Source of the DNA: an uncultured Gemmatimonadales bacterium
GTDB taxonomy: Bacteria; Gemmatimonadota; Gemmatimonadetes; Longimicrobiales; RSA9
NCBI GenBank assembly: GCA_963816355.1
Contig: CAWFKH010000003.1
Span: 1,536,001-1,600,000 of the forward strand
DNA length: 64,000 bases
Direction: 5' to 3'
Shown here: piece by piece, positions 51,786 through 59,453 of the stretch
Numbering within the stretch: the first letter of the stretch is position 1
How the letters are laid out: each line of letters opens with the position of its first letter
Notes under the pieces: model-generated
What the model was told of the DNA's origin: nothing
What the model saw: only the letters and a program-made list of their open reading frames with translations
The model's database searches: none
Position numbers and translations under genes: made by a program

Positions 51786-52100
51786 CTACTCGGCCGGCTT
51801 CTCCGCCGCGGCGCGGGTCTGCTCGGACGACGCCGCCGGAGCGGCTTCGGTCTGCCGCGCGACCGGCACCTCGTCCTGGAGCGGCGGCGGCGCGACGGCC
51901 TGCTGCGTCGGCGCCCTCGGCGCCTGAGCGGGCGGCGGCGGCGCGTTCAGCTCCGACTTGATGTCGTTCATCGAGTTCCTGAACTCGCGGATCCCCTTCC
52001 CCAGCGAACCTCCGAGCTCCGGCAGCCGCTTGGCGCCGAAGACCAGGAGGAGCACGAAGAGGATGAGGATGATCTCGCCAGGCCCGAGGCTTCCGAACAT
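51786..52100 (-). CDS. tatA: Twin-arginine translocase TatA
   Basis: LLVFGAKRLPELGGSLGKGIREF motif. Confidence 0.95.
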   Translation of the reverse strand: MFGSLGPGEIILILFVLLLVFGAKRLPELGGSLGKGIREFRNSMNDIKSELNAPPPPAQAPRAPTQQAVAPPPLQDEVPVARQTEAAPAASSEQTRAAAEKPAE

Positions 52101-52120
52101 GGTCCTTCTCCGATTCGGGA

Positions 52121-52396
52121 TCAGAGCCAGGAGCGAACGACCAGACCCACCGCCAGAACGCCCACCAGGCTCAGTGCATTGAGATTAACGGTCAGCGGCC
52201 CGATTACCAAGGCCACCGCGACCAGGTCGATCCCCAGCGGACCCAGCGAAGCGGACACGCTCGTGGTCAGGAAGCTCCGGGCCGGGCTCTCCGGCATGAA
52301 CCGCACCGCGAGCGCCGTCAACAGCGCCCCCACGAACAGGCCGATGACGAGGGTCCAGAACAGACGCGTGAGCCCGCGTCGCCGGGGACCCATCAT
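52121..52396 (-). CDS. Small membrane protein (DUF4321-like)
   Basis: Hydrophobic 91 aa with the IDLV...LTVNLNALSLVG pattern. Confidence 0.7.
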   Translation of the reverse strand: MMGPRRRGLTRLFWTLVIGLFVGALLTALAVRFMPESPARSFLTTSVSASLGPLGIDLVAVALVIGPLTVNLNALSLVGVLAVGLVVRSWL

Positions 52397-52428
52397 GCTA
52401 CCGCCCGCGAGGGACCGGGTTCCATTCT

Positions 52429-53415
52429 TCAACGGCGTCGATCGATCACGTAGGTGATTGCGGCAACGAGAGATTCGGTTGCCGGTGAGTCGGGGACGTC
52501 TTCCAGTGCGCGCACCGCCCGGGCGGCGAAATCGTCCGCCCGCGAGCGCGCATACTCCAGGCCGCCGTGCTCGCGGACCAGGTCGACGATCTGCCGGATC
52601 GCCTCCTCGCCCGGCTCCGGATCGGCGAAGAACCGCTCGACCTGACGACGCGCCTCGGGACCCATCGAGCGCAGCGCGCGAATCGTCGGCAGCGTCATCT
52701 TGTGCTCGCGCAGGTCCTGGCCGGAAGGTTTGCCCGTCGTCGCCTCCGTCGCCACGAAGTCCAGCAGGTCGTCGGCGATCTGGAACGCCATGCCCAACTC
52801 GTGACCGTAGCGGCGCAGCGCGTCGGCGTGGCGCGAATCGCCGGCGACCGCCCCCATCTCGCACGCGGCTGCCATCAGCGACGCCGTCTTCGAGGCGATC
52901 AGCCGGTGGTAGTCCTCCTCGCCGAACGCGAGGGCGTCGTGGGAGGAGAGCTGCCGCATCTCACCGATGCTCATCTCGTTCGCCGCGCGCGCCAGCACGC
53001 GGATCAGGTCCACGCGCCCCAGGCCGGCCAGCTCCGTCACCGAGCGACTGTAGAGGTAGTCGCCCATGATGATCGCGCTCTGGTGATTCCACAGCGCGTT
53101 CACCGTCGGCATGCCGCGGCGCAGCACCGAATGGTCCACGGCATCGTCGTGGACGAGGGTGGCGAGATGGACGAGTTCGACGGCCGCGGCGAGCGTGACG
53201 GCGCGCGGGTGCGGCCGTGCTTCCACCTCGTTGCACAGCAGCAGCAGCATCGGCCGGAACAGCTTCCCCCGGGCCAGCAGGAGATAGTCGTTCACCTCCT
53301 GCACGCGGGGGAAGTCCGAGACGATGATGCGACCGATCTCGTCGACCACCGCCGCGAGCTGATCGGCGACCGGCTTCTGGATCTCTGCGAGTTGCGCTGG
53401 TGCCGTGCGGAGCAT
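52429..53415 (-). CDS. Polyprenyl diphosphate synthase (IspB/HepT-like)
   Basis: GKLFRP, HDDAVD...RRG, KTA, FQIADD and QDLREHK motifs. Confidence 0.93.
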   Translation of the reverse strand: MLRTAPAQLAEIQKPVADQLAAVVDEIGRIIVSDFPRVQEVNDYLLLARGKLFRPMLLLLCNEVEARPHPRAVTLAAAVELVHLATLVHDDAVDHSVLRRGMPTVNALWNHQSAIIMGDYLYSRSVTELAGLGRVDLIRVLARAANEMSIGEMRQLSSHDALAFGEEDYHRLIASKTASLMAAACEMGAVAGDSRHADALRRYGHELGMAFQIADDLLDFVATEATTGKPSGQDLREHKMTLPTIRALRSMGPEARRQVERFFADPEPGEEAIRQIVDLVREHGGLEYARSRADDFAARAVRALEDVPDSPATESLVAAITYVIDRRR

Positions 53416-53455
53416 CTTCGGCCGTTCGCTGGCGGGTCCCCTGAGACGGTGCGAA

Positions 53456-53484
53456 AACGTAGGCGGGGCGCCGAGAGTTGTCAA
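53456..53484 (-). promoter_or_regulatory. sigma70 promoter (TTGACA-17-TACGTT) for polyprenyl synthase-DUF4321-tatA
   Basis: Perfect -35 box overlapping the stop codon of the upstream TPR gene; 17-bp spacer. Confidence 0.65.
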
Positions 53485-55682
53485 AGCACCGCGAGCCGTT
53501 GCCGGACGTCGCGGAAGTCGACGTCGAGACCGACGACGCGCTCGTACGCCTCCCGCGCGGCGTCCGCGCGCCCCAGCTCCTCGTAGCAGCGCCCCAGGTG
53601 GTAGTACACGCCGAGCAGCTCCACACCGGCCTCGTGCGGCAGCTTCACGGCGCGCTCCAGGAGGCGCGCGGCGATACGGTGCTGCCCCTTCATCATGAAG
53701 CACTGCCCCATCTCCTCCGACACCCGCAGCTCCGGCGCGCCGCCTCGAAGCGCCACCTGGAATTCGGCGATCGCCTCGTCCACCAGTCCCATCTCCTTGT
53801 ACGCCAGGCCGAGATCGTAGTGACCCGCCGGGTCGTCGACCGGGAGGTTCTCCGACACCTTCGCGCGGAACTGCTGCAGGATCTCCGCGAGGTCGGCGTA
53901 GTCGTCCCCGCTCGGCGGCTCCGGCTGCACCACGTACCGCGTCGTCTCCGGCCCGCTCTCCTCCCGCAGCAGGCTCCCCAGGTCGACGAAGGCGTCCGGC
54001 GCTTCTTCGCGGGTCAGCGCGGCCGCCGCCTCGGAGTTGCCCGGGTCCAGCTCGACGACGTGCCTGAAGATTGCCTGCGCCTTGCCGATCTCGCCCTGCC
54101 GGCGCAGCAGGTTCGCCATCGCGACCAGCGCCGGAACCAGCCGCGACCTGTCGTCAAGTGCGGCGGCGTACTCGACCCGCCGCTGGTGCGACGCGTGGTC
54201 GTCCGCGTCGATCTCGACCAGCCACTCGAGCGCTTCCAGCGCACGGCTCCGCTCGCCCGCCGCGTCCAGCTCCGCGTGCAGCCGCTCGAGCGACTCCCGC
54301 ACCTCGCTGCCGCGTCCCCGCGCGATCAGCTCCACCACCTCCGAGAAGACCGAGTCTTCCGGGGCGACGTCGGCTCCGGCGGCGGTCGCGGACTCCCGGA
54401 TCTCGATCCACGCCTCCTCCGCTTCCTCCTCCGCGACGGCGCCGCCGTCGACCTCCGCCGTGGCCTCCGCCTCCGCCACTGCCGGCGCCGCCCAGCCGGC
54501 CTCGAACGGCTCCGCCTCCGCGGCTTCGAACGGCTCCGCCTCCGCGGCCTCGATCGGCTCCGCCTCCGCGGCGTCGATGTCGGCCGCGTCCTCCCGCTCG
54601 AACGCCTCGACCTCCGACCGCTCGATCAATGCGGCCGCATCCGCCAACTCGGCGGATACGGCCTCGTCGAGGAGGGGCAGCGGCTCCGCCACATCCTCCT
54701 CCTCGGGCGGTGCGCCGAGACCCGCCGCTTCCGCGGTTCCTTCCAGCAGCGGCAGCGGAGTCACGTCTTCCGGCGGAGCTTCCGCCTCGAGTCCCGCGGC
54801 GGCGGCGGCATCCACCACGTCCAGGTCCGGCGGAAGCGGTTCTGCGCCGACGTCGCCGGCCAGCGACTCGCTCGCCCACGCCGGCTCGGCCGGCTCCAGG
54901 AGATCGCCTTCCGACACCTCGCCACCGGTCCGCCAGGCGCCGGCCGACTCCTCCGCTCCGGCCATGGCGCCCTCGTCGGCGGCCACGGCTTCTTCTTCGC
55001 CGTCCGGCGGCTGCGCGGCCTGCGCCTCCGCCTCGACCGCCTGCGGCCGTGGCGGCAGAGCGGGGAGATCCTCGTCGCCGACGAGACCGGCGAGCCGCTC
55101 GCGCGCGGCGGCCGCGGCGGCGATGTCGCCTGCATCGACGTGGAGGTCGAAGGCGCGCCGCAACTGGAGCACCGCTTCGGAGGCGCGGTCGTGGGCTACG
55201 AGGCGCTCTGCGAGAGCTTCGCGCACCGCGGCGTCGTCGGTGCGGTCGGCGAACTCCTCGAGGGCGGAGAACGCTTCATCGATCTCGCCGGCGCGCAGCG
55301 AAACCTCGGCGAATTCCAGGAGCCAGCGGCGCGCATCGGTGAGGAACCCCTGCGCGGCACAGTAGCCGGCGAGCTTCTTGAGCAGAGAGGCGCGCGAGGC
55401 GGTGTAGCGGAGCGCCTTGTTGCACAGGGCGATGGCGCTGTTGAAGAGCCCCGCCGCGGCGTAGTGTTCGGCGGCCTCCTCGTAGTAGCCCACCGCCTCG
55501 CCCGGCTTGCCCAGCCGGAGGTAGAGGTCGCCGATGCGGTTGAAGAGCGGCAGCTCCGCCTCGCCGGGCCCTTCCCCCTCGACGTCCGCAAGCGCCTGCC
55601 GGTACATCTCGATCGCGCGATCCCACTCCTCGCGCTGCTCGTGGCGCCGCGCCTCCTCCTTGAGCTTCGTCGTCGCGCTCAT
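53481..55682 (-). CDS. TPR protein with acidic linker and C-terminal TPR cluster
   Basis: N-terminal TPRs (NRIGDLYL, SAIALCNK), E/A-rich centre and C-terminal HYDLGLAYKEMGLVDEAI, YYHLGRCYE. Confidence 0.85.
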   Translation of the reverse strand: MSATTKLKEEARRHEQREEWDRAIEMYRQALADVEGEGPGEAELPLFNRIGDLYLRLGKPGEAVGYYEEAAEHYAAAGLFNSAIALCNKALRYTASRASLLKKLAGYCAAQGFLTDARRWLLEFAEVSLRAGEIDEAFSALEEFADRTDDAAVREALAERLVAHDRASEAVLQLRRAFDLHVDAGDIAAAAAARERLAGLVGDEDLPALPPRPQAVEAEAQAAQPPDGEEEAVAADEGAMAGAEESAGAWRTGGEVSEGDLLEPAEPAWASESLAGDVGAEPLPPDLDVVDAAAAAGLEAEAPPEDVTPLPLLEGTAEAAGLGAPPEEEDVAEPLPLLDEAVSAELADAAALIERSEVEAFEREDAADIDAAEAEPIEAAEAEPFEAAEAEPFEAGWAAPAVAEAEATAEVDGGAVAEEEAEEAWIEIRESATAAGADVAPEDSVFSEVVELIARGRGSEVRESLERLHAELDAAGERSRALEALEWLVEIDADDHASHQRRVEYAAALDDRSRLVPALVAMANLLRRQGEIGKAQAIFRHVVELDPGNSEAAAALTREEAPDAFVDLGSLLREESGPETTRYVVQPEPPSGDDYADLAEILQQFRAKVSENLPVDDPAGHYDLGLAYKEMGLVDEAIAEFQVALRGGAPELRVSEEMGQCFMMKGQHRIAARLLERAVKLPHEAGVELLGVYYHLGRCYEELGRADAAREAYERVVGLDVDFRDVRQRLAVL
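54502..54575. repeat. In-frame 24-bp tandem repeat (about 3 copies; AAEAEP(F/I)E)
   Basis: TCGAACGGCTCCGCCTCCGCGGC(T/C) repeated. Confidence 0.85.
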
Positions 55683-56626
55683 GCTCCGTCCTGCCTCCGG
55701 CCGTCGTCGTATCGAGCGAGATGCTCGGCCAGCCGCGTCGAGAGCAGTCGTCGCGGCGTGGCGCCTTCGAGCCGCAGACGCTCCGCCGCCGCCGTGACCA
55801 CCAGCTCGTCCGGGATCATGCCGATCACCTCCGTCTTCCGGATTCCGCCCCCGGCTTCGGCCACGCGGCGCTCGATGCGGAGGAAGACCTCCAGCGGCGA
55901 TACCGCGGACGGGTCCTCCAGGTTCATCGAGAGCTGCACCGCGCGCTGCTCCGGCAGCTCGAAGGCCAGCGCCCGCAGGCCCGGGAAGCCGCCTCCCCTC
56001 TCGCGCACCTCGCGCGCGATCCGCCGCGCGGCGTCGACGGTGACGCCGTCGAGCCACACGTTCCACGCCAGCAGGATGGCCCGCGCGCCGACGCAGGTCG
56101 CGCCGGCCGTCGGGTGGGCGCCCGGATGCCGCCAATCCGTCGGCAGCAGGTCGGGCGCGCGGCGCTCCGGCCAGCCCACGGCCAGAGTCTCGAAGCCGCC
56201 GCGGCGCAGCTCGGCGAGCTGGCGGCCGGGTGGCGTCGACGCGGCGCCGTAGAAGTAGACCGGTATGCCGAGTTCGGCGGCGAGCCGCTCGCCGAGGCGG
56301 CGCGCGACGCGTGTCGCCTCGGCCGGCTCGGTCCCGGCCAGCGCGACGATCGGCAGCACGTCGAGCGCGCCGATGCGCGGGTGCACGCCCCGGTGCCCCC
56401 GCATGTCGATGCGGTCCCGCGCCACCCGCGCGGCGGCGAACGCGGCCGCCTCGACGACCACAGGCGATCCGACGAGCGTGACGACGGAGCGGTTGTGGTC
56501 GGGATCGAGCGACCAGTCGAGGACGTCGGCGCCCGCGACCCGCGCGGCCTCGACGATCGCTTCGACCACGTCGCGGTTCCGGCCCTCGGAGAAGTTCGGG
56601 ACCGCCTCCAGCACTTGGGGGGGCAT
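55679..56626 (-). CDS. Glutamate formiminotransferase (FTCD N-terminal type)
   Basis: VPNFSEGR, DPDHNRSV, HPRIGALDV and QLSMNL motifs. Confidence 0.92.
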   Translation of the reverse strand: MPPQVLEAVPNFSEGRNRDVVEAIVEAARVAGADVLDWSLDPDHNRSVVTLVGSPVVVEAAAFAAARVARDRIDMRGHRGVHPRIGALDVLPIVALAGTEPAEATRVARRLGERLAAELGIPVYFYGAASTPPGRQLAELRRGGFETLAVGWPERRAPDLLPTDWRHPGAHPTAGATCVGARAILLAWNVWLDGVTVDAARRIAREVRERGGGFPGLRALAFELPEQRAVQLSMNLEDPSAVSPLEVFLRIERRVAEAGGGIRKTEVIGMIPDELVVTAAAERLRLEGATPRRLLSTRLAEHLARYDDGRRQDGA

Positions 56627-56677
56627 CGATCCGGAAGATACGGGCGAGTATGCGGGCTCACAAGCTCCGGCGCGGGC

Positions 56678-57919
56678 TCATCGCGACGCCGCGCCGAGGT
56701 CCTCCACGAGCCGGCCACGCTTCCACACCGAACGCACCAGATTGGTGCCGTACCGATAGGGGATCTCCCGCGCCTCGTCGACGTCCCACACCACGAGGTC
56801 GGCGGGCGCACCGGCGACGAGCATGCCGTGGCCATCCGGCAGCCGGAGAGCGCGCGCGCCCCCGGCCGTCGCGGCGTGCAGCGCTTCGAGCGGGTCGAGC
56901 CGCATCTGCGAGCACGCCATCGTCATGACGAGCTGCAGGTTCGGGCTCGGCGAGGAGCCGGGGTTGAAGTCGCTGGCGAGCGCCACCGTGGCGCCTGCAT
57001 CGAGCAGGCGGCGCGCCGGCGCGTACTCCCTGCGCCCGAGGAAGAAGAGCGTCGCCGGCAGGAGCGTCGCCACCGTCCCGTGCTGCGCCAGGGCGCGGAT
57101 GCCGGCGTCGCTGATGCTCCCCAGGTGGTCGGCCGACGCCGCGCCAAGCTCCGCCGCGAGCTCCGCGCCGCCGGATCCCTCCAGCTCGTCCGCGTGCAGC
57201 TTGGGGACCAGGCCGTGCGCCAGGCCGGCCTCCAGGATCCGCCGCGCCTGCGCCGCCGTGAACACGCCCGGCTCCATGAAAACGTCGCAGAAGACCGCCA
57301 GCCGCTCCTGCGCCACCGCGGGGATCATCTCCTCGACGACGACGTCCACGTAGCGCGCCCGGCGAGTCCGGTACTCCGGCGGAAATTCGTGCGCGCCGAG
57401 GAACGTGGGCACCACCTCGAGCGGCCCCTCGCCCCCGAGCCGGCGCGTGGCGCGCAGCATCTTCAGCTCGTCCTCCGTCCGCAGGCCGTAGCCGCTCTTC
57501 ACCTCGGCGGTGGTCGTTCCGTGGCGCAGCATCGTCGCGAGCCGGGCGCGCGCGAGCTCGACCAGGTCGTCCTCGCTGCGCGCCCGCACGTCCTGCACGG
57601 ATGCGTTGATGCCCCCGCCGCGCCGCGCAATCTCCATGTACGGCACGCCGCGGCAGCGCTCGCCGTACTCCGCCGCGCGCCAGCGGCCGAAGACCGCGTG
57701 CGTGTGCGAATCGACGAGGCCGGGAGTGAGCACGCCGCCGCCGAGGTCGACGCGCTCCGCCGCCGGATAGGTCCCGGCGAGGTGCGCCGTCGGCCCGACC
57801 GCAGCGATGCGGCCGTCCGCCACCGCGACGGCGGCATCCTCGAGCACGTGCGCCGCCGTCGCTCCCTCCGCTGTGAAGATCTGCCTTGCCCCCGCGAGGA
57901 GCCGGACGTGCGCGCTCAC
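56678..57919 (-). CDS. hutI: Imidazolonepropionase
   Basis: DSHTH, GGGI, EVKSGYG, HADE, SADHL and SDFNPG motifs; GTG start 57919. Confidence 0.94.
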   Translation of the reverse strand: MSAHVRLLAGARQIFTAEGATAAHVLEDAAVAVADGRIAAVGPTAHLAGTYPAAERVDLGGGVLTPGLVDSHTHAVFGRWRAAEYGERCRGVPYMEIARRGGGINASVQDVRARSEDDLVELARARLATMLRHGTTTAEVKSGYGLRTEDELKMLRATRRLGGEGPLEVVPTFLGAHEFPPEYRTRRARYVDVVVEEMIPAVAQERLAVFCDVFMEPGVFTAAQARRILEAGLAHGLVPKLHADELEGSGGAELAAELGAASADHLGSISDAGIRALAQHGTVATLLPATLFFLGRREYAPARRLLDAGATVALASDFNPGSSPSPNLQLVMTMACSQMRLDPLEALHAATAGGARALRLPDGHGMLVAGAPADLVVWDVDEAREIPYRYGTNLVRSVWKRGRLVEDLGAASR

Positions 57920-59451
57920 TCCGCGCCGCCCGCCTCGAGCGCGATCGCGGAGAACGCGCCGTCCCGGATCATCGACTCGATCTCGCCGATGTCGGCGCTC
58001 AGCGAGCGGTCGCGCTCCAGCGGCGCGACGCGCTCCCGCACCCGATCGCGCGCCCGATCGACACCCCGCCCCGGACGCAGCGGCCGCAGGAACTCGAGCG
58101 CCTGTGCGGCCGTCAGCAGTTCGATCGCGAGAACGCTCTCGAGGAGCCGCACCGCCGCGCGCGCCTTGAGCGCCGCCGCCATACCCATGGAGACGTGGTC
58201 CTCCTTGTTGGCGTCGGTCGGGATCGAGTCGACGCTCGCGGGCGCGGCGCGCAGCCGGATCTCGTTGACCAGCGCCGAGGCGGTGATCTGCGCCATCATC
58301 ATGCCCGAGCTGACCCCCGGATCGGGGGTCAGGAACGCGGGCAGCATGGACAGCGCGGGGTCGACCAGCCGGGCGACCCGCCGCTCGCTGATGCTCGCCG
58401 CGTCCGCGCACGCGATGGCGAGCAGGTCGAGCGCCTGCGCGACCGGCTGGCCGTGGAAGTTGCCGCCGCTCAGGACATCGCCTTCTTCCGGGAAGATCAG
58501 CGGGTTGTCCGTGGCGCTGTTCGCCTCGATCCGGAGCACCTCCCGCACGAAGGCGAACGCCTGGCGCGCGGCGCCGTGCACCTGCGGCATGCAGCGCAGG
58601 GAATAGGCATCCTGGACGCGCGGGTCGCCGCGACGGTGGGACTCGCGTATCTGAGAGCCCGCGAGGAGAGCGCGCAGCCTCGCGGCGCTCGTCGCCTGAC
58701 CCGGATGCGGCCGCACGCGCTGGATGCGCGCGTCGAACGGTGTGGGCGTTCCGCGCAACGCGTCGAGGCTCATCGCGCCCGCCACCTCGCACGTCTCGAC
58801 GGCGCGCTCGGCGGCCAGGAGCGCCAGGATTCCCACGCCGGTCTGTGCCTGCGTCCCGTTGTTCAGCGCGAGGCCTTCCTTGGCGCGCAGCTCGAGCGGC
58901 TCCAGACCGGCGCGCCGCAGCGCCTCGGCGCCCGTCAGCCGCTCTCCCTCCAGCCACGCCTCGCCCTCCCCGATCAGCACCAGCGCCAGGTGCGAGAGCG
59001 GCGCGAGGTCGCCGGACGCGCCCACGCTGCCGAGCGACGGGATGACCGGGTGCACGCCGTGGTCGAGCAGCGCCGCGAGGAGCTCGATCACTTCCGGCCG
59101 CACGCCGGAGTGCCCCAGGGCCAGGACGTTCGCGCGCAACAGGACGACCGCCCGGGTCTCCGCCTCCGTCAGGGGCTCTCCGACCCCGGAGGCGTGGCTC
59201 CGGATCAGGTTCACCTGCAGCTCGCCGATCCGCTCCGGCGGGATCGACACCTCCGCGAGCGCGCCGAAGCCGGTCGTGATGCCGTAGACGACGTCGCCCG
59301 CCGCCACCGCGCGCTCGACCACCGCCCGCGCCGCTTCCACCCTCCGCCGGGCGGCCTCCGAAAGCCGGACGGTGCCCACCTCGCCGGACGCGACGCGTCC
59401 CACGTCGTCGAGGCTCAGTCCGTCGCCGTGCAGCTCCAGCACGTCGCTCAT
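57916..59451 (-). CDS. hutH: Histidine ammonia-lyase
   Basis: YGITTGFG, GASGDL (MIO-forming ASG), QDAYSLRC and GGNFHG motifs. Confidence 0.96.
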   Translation of the reverse strand: MSDVLELHGDGLSLDDVGRVASGEVGTVRLSEAARRRVEAARAVVERAVAAGDVVYGITTGFGALAEVSIPPERIGELQVNLIRSHASGVGEPLTEAETRAVVLLRANVLALGHSGVRPEVIELLAALLDHGVHPVIPSLGSVGASGDLAPLSHLALVLIGEGEAWLEGERLTGAEALRRAGLEPLELRAKEGLALNNGTQAQTGVGILALLAAERAVETCEVAGAMSLDALRGTPTPFDARIQRVRPHPGQATSAARLRALLAGSQIRESHRRGDPRVQDAYSLRCMPQVHGAARQAFAFVREVLRIEANSATDNPLIFPEEGDVLSGGNFHGQPVAQALDLLAIACADAASISERRVARLVDPALSMLPAFLTPDPGVSSGMMMAQITASALVNEIRLRAAPASVDSIPTDANKEDHVSMGMAAALKARAAVRLLESVLAIELLTAAQALEFLRPLRPGRGVDRARDRVRERVAPLERDRSLSADIGEIESMIRDGAFSAIALEAGGAE

Positions 59452-59453
59452 CG

